A program made the translations under genes and the position numbers. Under the pieces are notes generated by a model. That model had not been told where the DNA came from. It did not search any database and was given only the letters and a program-made list of their open reading frames with translations. From Mobula hypostoma (taxonomy: Eukaryota): DNA of 64,000 nt. Shown one piece after another: positions 51,330 through 62,624 of this stretch (the first letter of the stretch is position 1; each line of letters begins with the position of its first letter). Where the stretch lies: positions 28,458,001 to 28,522,000 of the forward strand of contig NC_086111.1 in assembly GCF_963921235.1 (NCBI RefSeq). Direction: 5' to 3'.

Positions 51330-52240
51330 CTGCTGTACCGAGTGCGGCTGTGGCCTGTTCCTCATTCCTTTGTCTCAGTAATCTCCTGGAACTTCTTCCT
51401 GTTTAACTGGGGTCCAAGATGGAGCAAATTGATTGGTTCACATTGTACAAGTCCACAGAGTATGGGGGCAAAGGTGCACTCAATGTTGCATTCATCCTGA
51501 TGACTATCTTTGTGTGTGGCTTTATCAGGCCAATGAGAACCAAACATATGTGGGCTCCAAATGTCACCACTTGCTAAGATTTCATCTGTTCCCAGTGTTG
51601 CAGAAGATAGGGCTGGCAGTCAGCTGGACATTGCCATGCTACTTGTCCTTTGTGCAAGAATACTTCCAATGAAACAGGCAGTGCTTACTTAGAAACATTC
51701 TTCCACAATGGACATCCATCAGGCAGTGGTCAGCACAATACATATTGTGGGACAGGGAGATGATGGATTCTGGATGTACTCCCTGAACAAACAGTCCAAA
51801 CTACTGGCAGAATGCCTCCACTCCAGATCCGACCAACACGCACCAAGCTCTCACTTGGCTCCCATTGAGAGGTGTCCTCCCTGTACATCTTCCTGTGCAA
51901 ATGACACAACACCCACAAAGTACACTACCTTTAGGACAACTGCGATGATGAAGAGATGGCCACCCATGACTGTGGGTTTGCCTAGAGGGTGTGGAGAAAG
52001 ATGCAAATGTATATGTCCTGGTCCTCTCAGATCTATGAGCTGTTCTCAGGGACACACAGTGAGACGGACATCACATGCTACTAGAAGGACATTAACTCAA
52101 TGAAGTATGTCATTTTGGCTGCCTAAAACTTGTTGATCTTCCATCTGTAAGTCCAGTCTGCAGGAGTACATGGTGAGGGATGCACTGCAGCTCAGTACAA
52201 TGAATGCTAAGAGTCTGTGGAAGCAGACCACAGTCTAGAG
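51330..52240 (+). mobile_element. Tx1-like (L1 clade) ORF2 3' fragment, degenerate
   Basis: Across frames: WGPRWS..YKSTEYGGKG, SWTLPCYLSFVQ, PEQTVQTTGRM/NASTPD, YELFSGTHSETDI and LQEYMVRDALQL..KSLW; these match Tx1-type ORF2 C-termini. Confidence 0.75.
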
Positions 52241-52884
52241 TCATTCCACTACCACACACAGAGGGGCAGATTTGGGGGAGAAAGCCACTTAAACAATGAA
52301 AGGGGAAACCGGCTATCGTGCTGTTTGTGGATTTCTTTTTAGTAATTTCCATTACTGAATGTATTGGTCATCAATGCAGAAGGTTGCTTTGCATTGTTGC
52401 TTCCTTAGTGTACACCTTTTATTATAAATCAAGTCTATTTTTGAAATTTATATTTAAAAAGTAAATTGAAACTTGCTATAAAAACATACCACTAAACGAA
52501 GGTCTTTTTAAGTTACACGCTTAGAAGCAAACTTCAGCACAATATGAAGTACGTAAATAATCATCCTTGACAATGGCAAAATCCAAAATGATGACTTTGT
52601 GTGCAAGTGAAGTACAACACTGGAACTCTGCATTGCTGAATAATATGTTCTGAAATCTTTTCAAATTTTTTCCATCTTAATTTAAAAGCAGCATTGCTTC
52701 AAAGTGATGTTTTGGCATATAAATATTTTTTCTATTACTGGATTGCAATATCAATCCCCTAATTTAGAAAATGATTTGAGGCTTCAATTATAAGAGGTCA
52801 GTGGTTAAGAGCCATTGGCTGTAAAATTATACTGTGCAAATATTAGTACATACACTTAACGTCTTTGCATCTAATCACTTATGG

Positions 52885-53250
52885 ATAATAGGTTCAAGTC
52901 TCACTCCAGGACTTGAGTTTATTAATCTCAGCTGATACTTAAGGGGAAGAACAGCATAATTGGAGGGGGCAGAATTCTGTTGAATTGCAAATGGGCATAA
53001 AATATTCTGTAATTCAATTTCTCAATGGGCAAAAGTCTCCCACTGATTTCCAACATAATTATCCTTGCCACAATGCTGTTCAAAAACAAATGATATTGCC
53101 ACTTATCTGTGGGACATGGCATGGTACACTTTGGATGCTATGATTGTTTCTAACATTACTGACTGCACTGGAAAAAATAGAGCATTGACTGTGAGCATGA
53201 GGTCTAGGTCCTTGTGAGAATATTGGAAGGACTATATGGATGTAGAAAGC
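52885..53250 (+). mobile_element. Old Deu-domain SINE (SacSINE1-like)
   Basis: GGTTCAAGTCTCACTCCAGGACTTGAG head; TGTGGGACATGGC and CATTGACTGTGAGC segments; degenerate. Confidence 0.55.
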
Positions 53251-53763
53251 ATCTTTGAGGAAATGAAGTCTCTTTAGAAAGGAAATGAGGTGAATACCGT
53301 GCATCTAGTTTTCACAAAACTCTTTAATGAAAGATTTGGATTTTGGAGGCCTGCTGGTAAGAAGCTGCTTGAGGAAAAGGACTGGAGAACGTACATTATG
53401 GAAGATTTTCGAATTGGAATGAGGTTAATAGCAATGTCTTATGGGTCAGGATTAGATTTAATGGTCTGACTAAATACAAGAGTTAAACGGCAACATTTGT
53501 AGAGAACACAAAAATAACGCAGACTAAATGAAGGGTACATTAAAATATTTGAAGATGGTGTCACATTTGGGCAATTAGGTGTCAATTGAAATTTAATATG
53601 GAGATGTAATTGGAGAGGATGGAAAAGACTAAAGCATTAAATGTTAAAACTTCAGTGAGGTAAAACAGAGCCTGTAGTTCAGCAGAACACTTTTTTTAAC
53701 ACAAGGCCAGGTTAGCCAAACTATAAAAGAATAACATTAGTTAGGATCCCTAAATTGTATGGT

Positions 53764-54305
53764 CTGTGCAAAAGTCTTAGGCACTTATATGTAGCTAGGG
53801 TGCCTAAGATTTTTTGCACAGTAATGCAGTAACTTTATGTTTTGCACTATACTGCTGCAAAAAAAAAAAATCATGACATGTGAGTGGTGATAAACTTGAT
53901 TCTGACATGGGTCTCTTTTGTGGACTGAGAGTGGGAGCAGGAAGAATCAGGGGATGACATTCCGTAATTATCAATAAACCAATTGTTTGGAATCAAATGA
54001 TCTTGCCTGGTGGTTTTAGGACCTGTATGACTACATTATGCCACCACCCCATCCCTGGCACTCTTTCTCTGCCACCTATCCCACACCCCTCCTGTGGTGC
54101 ACCACCCTTGCCCTTCCCAACATCCTTTGCTCCTGCCAGATTTACAAACTCGCTCTCCGCTCCATATTGACAAATATAGTAAACACATATACGTACACAT
54201 GCAGGAATATTTACATATTTAAAAATGTAGTGCAAACAGAGAGCAAAAATTGTGAGGTAGTGTTCATGAGTTTGTTCATTGACCATTCAGAAATCTGATG
54301 ACAGA
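53764..54305. mobile_element. Chimeric repeat: Tc1 TIR hairpin, Rex1-type tail and purine/pyrimidine module
   Basis: TIR pair 53764-53784 and 53800-53821; modules shared with 49330-49515 (inverted) and 50100-50175. Confidence 0.65.
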
Positions 54306-55244
54306 GGATGATCTAAAAATGATAATTATTCATTCTTGATCATCCGTAATTAACATAGCAACCTTATTCTAAGTTCATAGATAACGTATACATGCAACTA
54401 AACCAAAGACATTTACAGAAAAATCTAACTAATACTGACCCAATATAAACCCAAGGGAAGAATGCATGAAACTGCTGACAATCTGATCAAATGCCCCTGA
54501 TTGCATGAAACACTCATTTTGAGGGCAGGGTTTTCAATAGTCTTCTTGTAATCTGAATCAACCCTAATAACAAAGCACAATATTCTGGCATTTTGACCAA
54601 AAAGCATATTTCAATTTAACCATGAGATGAAATGCAAGGTGTCTCACAAACATTGTCAGTGGAGCACTTGAGTTAAGGAGCTGAAGCTGGATCCTGTCTA
54701 GCAATAAATTGATCATGTAGGAAAACATTTGAAACTTTTAATACAAATCTGTCAAGACAGAATGAAATTGTATAAGCTGCCAGATTTATTACAGAGCCAG
54801 GATATTTTTCATTTAACAAGAATTAGAATCTCTGTCATTGCACATGTGGGCAAACTAGATGATGTATCGATGCTGATAACGAATACTAAGTTGTTGCCAC
54901 CCAAAAAAAAATCATTTGAAGAGAGTTAATCATGTCACAACTGCTGACGTAACCCTTCCTTGACACTGGGCTGATTGGAAAAGCTGAACCTTTTGCCACT
55001 TCGAGGAACTTAGATCATTTGTGAGTCATCACATTGGACAAACTATCTATAGCAAATATACCTTTGCCACCAAGCTTACTTCTCATTATTGTTTAAGACC
55101 ATGCTTTGCATTACTTCCATTATTTCTAAGCAAGGCAATTGGCTGTCTAGAGTGTAGATTTTGGGCCCTTAGCTTCCAACTATTTCCCATTCCCAATGCA
55201 CAAAGGTGCATTTGAAAACAAAAGGACTGATCAATGTAAGACAC

Positions 55245-56335
55245 CTTACATTGTCAATACCTCACAGGCAAAGCCCTCCCTCCCACTGAGCACATCTACA
55301 AGGGGAACTGCCTCAAGAAAGCAGCATCTTTCATGAAGGCCCCCCACCCCCCTCACCCTCTTCTCGCTGCTTGTCATCAGGAAGGAGGTACAGGAGGCTT
55401 CAGTCCCACATCACCAGGTTCAGGAACAGCTACTATCCTTACACTGTCAGGCTCCTGAACCTGGAACCAGCATGATTAACTTCACTTACCTCAATTCTGA
55501 ATCGATTCCATAACTTGTGCACTCACCTTCAAGGACTTTACAACTCATGCTCTCAGAATTATTTATTTACTTATTTATTCATTATGATTATTTTCTTTGC
55601 AGTGAGTCTTCTTTTGCACATTGGTTGTTTGTCAGTCATTGTGTGTAGTTTTTTTTAACTCTATTACATTTCTTTGTTGACCTGTGAATGCTTGCAAGAA
55701 AATGAATCTCAAGGTAGTGTATAACGACATTAACTCAGTGGCCCTTAGTTAGGTACCTCCTTTCCCTCATAAAATGACCACTGAGTGTGTGTTCTGCTGC
55801 TGTAGCTCATCCTCTGCAAGGTTCCACATGTTGTGCATTCAGAGATGTTCTTCTGCACACCACTGATCCACGCATAGTTATCCGAGTTACTGTAGCCTTC
55901 CGGTCAGCTTGAACCAGTCTGGCCATTTTCCTCCGACCGCTCTCATTAACAAAGTATTTTTGCCCACAGTACTGCTGCTCACTGGATGTGTTTTGTTTTC
56001 TTTTGTTTTTTGTTTTTGCACCATTCTCTGTAAACTCTAGAGATTGTTGTGCATGAAAATCCCAAGAGATCAGCAGTTTCTGAGGTACTCAAACCACCCT
56101 GTCTGACAACAACAATCATTCCACAATCAAAGTCCCTTGGATCACATTTCTTCCCCATTCTGATTTTTGGTCTGAACAACAACTTGCATGTTTTTATATA
56201 TTGAATTTCTGCCACTTTATTAGCTGATTAGACATTTGCTTTAACAGGCAGCTGTATGAATGTACCTAATAAAGTAGCCACTGTGTATACATACTTTGAT
56301 AATAAATTTACTTTGAACATATGTTGAACTTTGAA
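55245..56335 (+). mobile_element. Rex1/Babar 3' end interrupted by a Tc1 derivative
   Basis: SSGRRYRRLQSHITRFRNSYYP; the tail resumes at ~56288 (ACTTTGATAATAAATTTACTTTGAAC). Confidence 0.85.
55733..56285 (-). mobile_element. Internally deleted Tc1 element (transposase N-terminus)
   Basis: MGKKCDPRDFDCGMIVVVRQGGLSTSETADLLGFSCTTISRVYREW (paired-like HTH); TIRs ACTCAGTGGC..TTAGGTAC and GTACCTAATAAAGTAGCCACTG; TA flanks. Confidence 0.9.
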
Positions 56336-57924
56336 CATTTGGAACATTTTAAATGGATCTTAAAGTGCTAAATCAAGTGAAACCTTTAAACCAATTTGGT
56401 ATTGGTTTATCACAGTGAGTCTTCTGCCCTTAGTTATTTCTGCATCTCAGGAGATTTGAATTTGGACTTCACCAGGAATATTGGGGGAACATGAAGGTAC
56501 TGAACAGAAACCTTGGGAGCTGGGTGCATGGGTTTCTAAGGATTGATCATATGATGAGTATTGACATTTAACAGAAAATGTTGGAAACGCTCAGCATGTC
56601 TGGCAAAATCTGTGCAAAGACAGTGTTAACATTTGCTTTCCAGAAATGCTGCACAATCTGCTCTGTTTTCAATATTTGTTTCCTTTCAACATTTTGATTT
56701 TCATTTAATATTTATCATCTTGTGGATTCCAACAAAATACCAAATAGAAAGCTAGTTTAAAAACATGGAACTATCCCTAAAGAGGTGGATGTTTTGTATT
56801 TATTTTCTTACTATTTGTGCAGGCAAGGGTGGAACATCGCAACTGAGCAACTCTTCAGAAAACATGGTGCAATGGAAAGCTGAACAGAGGAACCCTGATG
56901 GTTCTTTTGTGCTAGAGACAAACATTTTTGGCCAAGTGACGAAAATGAAAAAGTAGAAACGATGTAGAAAAGTATATTAGAACAGCTGTCCCAGTATATC
57001 CAAGAGACAATTTCCAAGCAAGACTGCATGATGATGAAAGAGAACAAACTCCTTTACTGCACCAAGGAATCTAATCAATTACACTTAATTGTATCCACTG
57101 CAGTCGTTTCCAAACTGCTGTAATTTCTAAAGCTGATATTGATTTTTTAAAGAGCATGCTAATACCTATCCAATCAACAGTATGCAGGTAACAGGATTGA
57201 AAACTTAGCTTGCATTCATCAGTCTCTCTGTAATTTGCAACAGCTAGATCCAAAAATGGATAACACCACAAAGTAGCTCCAGATGTATCCCAGTATCAAA
57301 TGCACTAGTGAAAGAACCATGTAACTCCCACATCTCTCATCCTATACCATCTGTCACCTTGATCTGTTATCTCAAGTGCAAGTTTGGTAGTGGGAATGAG
57401 CAAATGGCTTCACACATCTGCCTCAATGAGTTGAATCTATGAGCAGAATATTTAGTTTTGGCCAGAGAGCTTATTTTTTCACTAAGGTACAATTCCACAT
57501 TTGAGGAGTTTGCCATTCAGTTCAGTGTTCCTTGAAGGAACTTTCCAATTAGTCCCAATCCTTGCACTTGTCCCTTAGCTGGGAGTTACTCCTTTGGATT
57601 ATAATTGGATTTGACTTTTAGTACCATCCTTCCAAAAATTATTTAAAAGACAGGTTGCAGTATAATCAAGTTACAATGGGCTTACTCCAGATTATGGAAA
57701 GATGAGTTGTTCAATTTTATTCATACTCTTAAGACTGAAAAATTCTTCATCGTGCAATTTGCCCAAATAGCGGTGTAAAGAACTTGTGTTCATCAGATTG
57801 CAGATATGCCTAATTTGCAGGTTTGCCTATGCCTCATTTTCAGACATTTTCTTTTATAAACTTAAGTCTACTTAAGATGTGAAAGTAGGTGAAACTCCTT
57901 TTTCCAAATTTAATTAATTAATTA

Positions 57925-58195
57925 ATTTATTATGATACAGTGCAGAGTAGGCCTTTTGAGCCCATTGAGTCGTGCTGCCCAGCAATCCCCCAATTTGATC
58001 CTAGCCTAATCATGGGACAATTTACAATGACCAACTAATCTACCAACCAGTACATCTTTGGACTGTGGGATAAAACCAGAGCACCTGGAAGAAAGCCATG
58101 CAGTCACAGGGAGAAGATACAAGCTCCTTACAGTCACCGACGGGAACTGAACCTGGGTCGCCTATTCTGTAAAGCGTTGTGCTAACCAATACACT
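57925..58195 (-). mobile_element. V-SINE
   Basis: tRNA-like head (GGTTAGCAC..CCCAGGTTCAGTTCC) and V-domain on the minus strand. Confidence 0.8.
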
Positions 58196-58289
58196 ACTAT
58201 AATTTAATAACATTGAACTTATTGTATCCACAGGTTCAGTTTTTGTTGGCAGTGCACAATGATCAGTGATTAGCAAAAAAGTTTGTAGA

Positions 58290-58935
58290 TTATCCCAGTC
58301 CTGATGGAGGCTTTTGACCAAACCTTTGATAATTCCTTTCCTCCCACAAATGCTGCTCAACCTGCTGCATTCTTCCATCAGATTGTTTGTATTTTGTTAG
58401 TATTTAACAGGCCATGCAATTTAGTAGGAACAGAAATAGAGTTGACTTCACAGTTCCTGGACCCTTACCAAAACTGGAAAAGTGAGTGTGGGCTGGAAAG
58501 GCACTACCAAGGTGAAGAGAACAAAGGGATTGCCTGTGATTTGGTGCGCAAAGTTGTCAAGCTAATAACTTTAAAGGTGGAACATAGTGAGACAGAAATT
58601 ATTTGAAACCTAATAGATTGAAATAAAGGTAGAGAAGGGAGTTTTACCTCGAAATTGTTAAACAATATTAAGTCCTGAAGAGTCCTGGGTGGAAGATGAG
58701 ATGCTATTCCTTGAAATAATAATGGCTATCCCTGGAATACAATAGGAGGCCTAAGATAGAGGAGTCAGACTGGAAGGAGGATGGAGATCTGCATTTGATT
58801 TCCCTAGAATAATGGTGACTAATTCTGATGAAGGGTCCCGACTCAAAACTTTGACTCTCTGGTTCTTCCCACAGATATAGTCTGACCTACTGAACACTTG
58901 CTACATTTTCTGTATCTCTTTTGGATTCAGCAGCA
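58290..58935. mobile_element. Cluster of Penelope remnants: pLTR (+), body (-), pLTR (+)
   Basis: CAGTCCTGATGGAGG at ~58296; CTGATGAAGGG at 58825; minus-strand KE-HLIF motif at ~58695-58715. Confidence 0.65.
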
Positions 58936-59544
58936 TGTTTTTTTTTGTTCCAGTTGCTTGACATATCAAGAAAATTTGAGATAGACAACACAAGTAGTCA
59001 AACTACATTTTCAGCATGATTCTACGATGCTGTGCTTGCACCTCAGCTGAGCACAGATGGTGATCTTTCATTCTTGTATTGAATAGATTTATCATGTCTC
59101 AATACTGTAATTGGCCAAATTAAGCCCAGTGTAGAAGGTTTAATTTCCATATATTATCAATGATGTAACACTTTCAACTAACACGAAATACATGGTTTTA
59201 ATAACTTACATTAACATGAATTATATTAAAGCATTATAATATTATTTTTATACTTGAGACAAAATTTCAAAAATAAAGATATTTACCCAATTTTAAGTAT
59301 GTATTTTTTTAAAAATATAACTATCAGTCCTGTAAATGAATATTCATTCCAAAATTTTGATAATTTTCAAGATACAATAGCAATTGATGTAATATAGCTG
59401 TTGGGGTTTCCAAACATTTAATCAGCCTCACAAAAATGTGTATTGGGAGTTCTTAACTCAAATTACTTCATTTGTTGGGTGATTTAAATATAATATAATT
59501 GTACACAATTTAATTCAAAATACGTGAACATTTAAACTTCTGCA

Positions 59545-59705
59545 TCATATTCCCAGTGATTCAAGTTCAACCCTGATTTCTGATGCAGACTGTCTGGAGT
59601 TTGCTCCTTCACTTCATGTCCACATGGGCTTCCTCTGGGTGGTCCACTTTCCTTCAAAACCTCAAAGGTGTGGGTTGGAGAATAACTGGGTACCATAAAT
59701 TGACT
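59545..59705 (+). mobile_element. Old V-SINE
   Basis: GTTCAACCCTG..TGTCTGGAGTTTGC..TGGGCTTCCTCTGGGTGGTCC. Confidence 0.6.
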
Positions 59706-60169
59706 CAAGTGTCATAATCTGGGTAAATTGTGTGAAGAAATTGGAGGTAAGAATTAGTGGTGAGAAATGAGATTGTTCTGTGAGCCTCTCTAAGAGGTAA
59801 CCATTTGGTTCATCTAGTCCATAAGGAAATGTAAAATAAGTTCCATGCAAGGACAAATCTACATAGCACACGGACCATTTCCCCAAGAGCATTTAGCATT
59901 GTATCACATTTTGGACCACACTCAAATTGACGGCATACAAGTTAAAATCACAGGCTTGGAATATTTAGATTTGTACACAGGGTAGAATTTAGAAACAGAT
60001 CATGAAACATCTGATGCTCATTAGACATCACAAATTTGTACCAATCAGCACAAATCACTAAACCACACTTTAATTTCTTATTTACATCTGAAACATAATT
60101 TTCGACTCATTAGCTCATTTAACCGGCTTTTTTGTGCACCAGGCACTGTACATTTAGAAATTTGCAGTA

Positions 60170-60620
60170 TCCAAATTCAAAGTCATTCAGATGGGAAATA
60201 GGACCCTCAACCCATCAAAACTCACCAATCGGCAATTACAACAATCCCATTTTGTTCTCTCCAGATTCCCATCAAACCTTCCAGAATCTATCACTCACCT
60301 GTGCTCTAGGGTCTATTTACAGTAGACAGTTTACTTCCACAACCCAGGATGTGGAAAAAACCAGAACACCCTTAAGAAAATCAAGCAGTTACAGAAAAAC
60401 ATGCAAACTTCACACAGAAAGCACTGGAGGTTAGCATCAAAACCAGGTCACTGAATCTGTGTGGCAACAACTGCACTGAAGAAAGGTCTCAGCCCAAAAC
60501 GTCAACAGTTTATTCATTTCCATAGAAGCTGCATAACCTGCTGAGTTCCTCCAGCATTTTGGATTTCCACCATCTGCAGTTTATGAACAACAGTACTAGC
60601 TGCACCAAGGTGCTGCCTTA
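60170..60620 (-). mobile_element. Old V-SINE with a plus-strand Penelope pLTR (60476-60580) inserted in its head
   Basis: The V-domain remnant is interrupted by CTGAAGAAAGGTCTCAGCCCAAAACGTCAACAG...CATCTGCAG. Confidence 0.6.
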
Positions 60621-60635
60621 AATATTTCAGTTCAT

Positions 60636-61038
60636 TTCAAAGTTCAAAGTAAATTTATTATCAATGTAGGTACATGTTACCATATACTACCTTATGATTC
60701 ATTTTCTTGCAGGCATTCCCAGTAGAACAAAGAAATACAATACAGTCAGTGAAAACTACACACAAACAAAGACTGATAAACAATTAATGTGCAAGAGAAG
60801 ACAAAAATGGTGCAAATACAAAAAATAAAAAAATACATAAATTAATAGAACCAAGGACATGAGTTGCAAAGTCCTTGAAAATGAGTCCATAGGTTGTGGA
60901 TGCAGTTCAGATTGGAGGTTTTCACACTGGTTCGCGAGGCTGATGGTTGAAGGGAAATAACTACAGGTATTATCGGACCTCCTTTCCAATGGCAGCAGTG
61001 AGAAGACAGCATGGGCTGCATGGTGGAGGTGCTTGATC
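60636..61038 (-). mobile_element. Rex1/Babar 3' tail
   Basis: Homologous to 30048-30430. Confidence 0.8.
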
Positions 61039-61189
61039 TTTTATGATATTTTAGTCATATCAAAACTCAAAGCAAAGGAATATCCAAAGCAGAGGATGGG
61101 AAAAGGGAGGACACTGCCAGGATCCTAATTTTTTTTTTGCATCTTTGAAAGCTGCAGGTGAAGTGCCAAGAGACTAAATGATCGCTAAT

Positions 61190-62000
61190 ATTTAAGAAGG
61201 GCATCAAGGCTGTACCTCTCAATAATACGCCTACTGCTTTGGATACTATTGAGAAGGATGATCTACCAGGGGGAACCACAGAGTCTGGTTATCTGGCACT
61301 GAGCCTGGTGATGTGGCTCAGAAGGGAAGTCGGGAGAAATGTCTGCAGTAGTGGTAGAGGATCCAAAATTGGAGCAGTAGAAATGATATTCTATGGACGT
61401 GAAAGAGAACACGCGGAGGGTATGTCGCCACCCAGGTGCTAGTGTTAGAGACATCTCGGTTCAAGTCAATGGCATTCTAAAGGGAGAGGATGGGCAGCTG
61501 GAAGTGTTGGAATATATTAGCACCAATAACATAGATAGGAAAAGGGAGGAAGTCTTGAAATGAGTATTTAGGGAGTTAAGCAGATAGCTGGAAAGTGGGA
61601 CCCACTGGGTAGCTATCAGTGGATAGCTGCCTATGCCACGTGCCCATGAGGGCAAGAATAGGATGAATTGGCAGATGAATGTGCGGCTGAGGAACTGGGG
61701 TAGGGGGCAGGGCTTCAGATTTCTGGATTATTGGGATTTCTTCTGGGGAATGTATGACCTTTACAGAAGGGACAGGTTACACCTGAACTCGAGGGGACGA
61801 ATATTCTTGCTGGCAGGTGCCTTAGAGCTGTTGGGGAGGGGGATGGGAACCAGAATGATAGGGTTGAGGATGGGGCAGTTGGTATACAACTAGATGCAGT
61901 GTGCTGTGAGACTGTCAGGAAGAACATGCAGATGATAGGGCCAAGTTGCTTTAAGTCGGATGAGTCGAAGTGTAACATGTGGAGAAAATCTAAAAGGGAG
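61190..62000 (+). mobile_element. CR1 ORF1 remnant with SGNH esterase domain
   Basis: VPLNN..TALD, PGASVRDI, ISTNNIDRK and GFRFLDYWDFFWGMYDLYRRDRLHLN; established for the CR1 ORF1 esterase. Confidence 0.8.
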
Positions 62001-62622
62001 TCGGAATCAGAATCAGGTTTAATATCACTGGCAAATGTCATGAAATCTGTTGTCTTTGCAGCAGCATTGCAATGCAATACATAATAATAGCAAAAATGTG
62101 AATACAGTAAGTATATATATTTACTGTATTCACATTTTAATAAATAGTTAAATTGAATAAGTAGTGCTAACATAGAAGTAAAGAAGTAGTGAGAATGAGG
62201 TAGTGTTCATGGGGTCTATGCTGATTCAGAAATCAGATGGCAGAGGAGAAAAAGCTATTTGTGAATTGTTGAGTATGTGCCTTCAAGCTTCTGTACCTCT
62301 TTCCTGATGATGGCAATGAGAAAAAGGCATGACCTAGGTGATGGGGATCCTTAATAGTGGATGCCACCTTTTTGAGGCATTGCTCCTTGAAAATATCCTG
62401 GATACTATGGAGGCTAGTGCTCATTATGGAGCTGACTGAGTTTACAACTCTCAGCAGCTTATTTCTATCCAGTGCAGTAACTCCCCATCATACCAGATGG
62501 TGATACAACCAGTTAAAATGCTGTCCACGGTACATCTGTAATTTGCAAGTGTCTTTGGTGACATACCAAATCCCCTCAAACTACTAATGAAATACAGCCG
62601 CTATCATGCCTTCTTTGTAGCT
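62001..62622 (-). mobile_element. Rex1/Babar 3' end
   Basis: KDPHHLGHAFFSLPSSGKRYRSLKAHT; (GATTCT)n tail. Confidence 0.9.
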
Positions 62623-62624
62623 AA

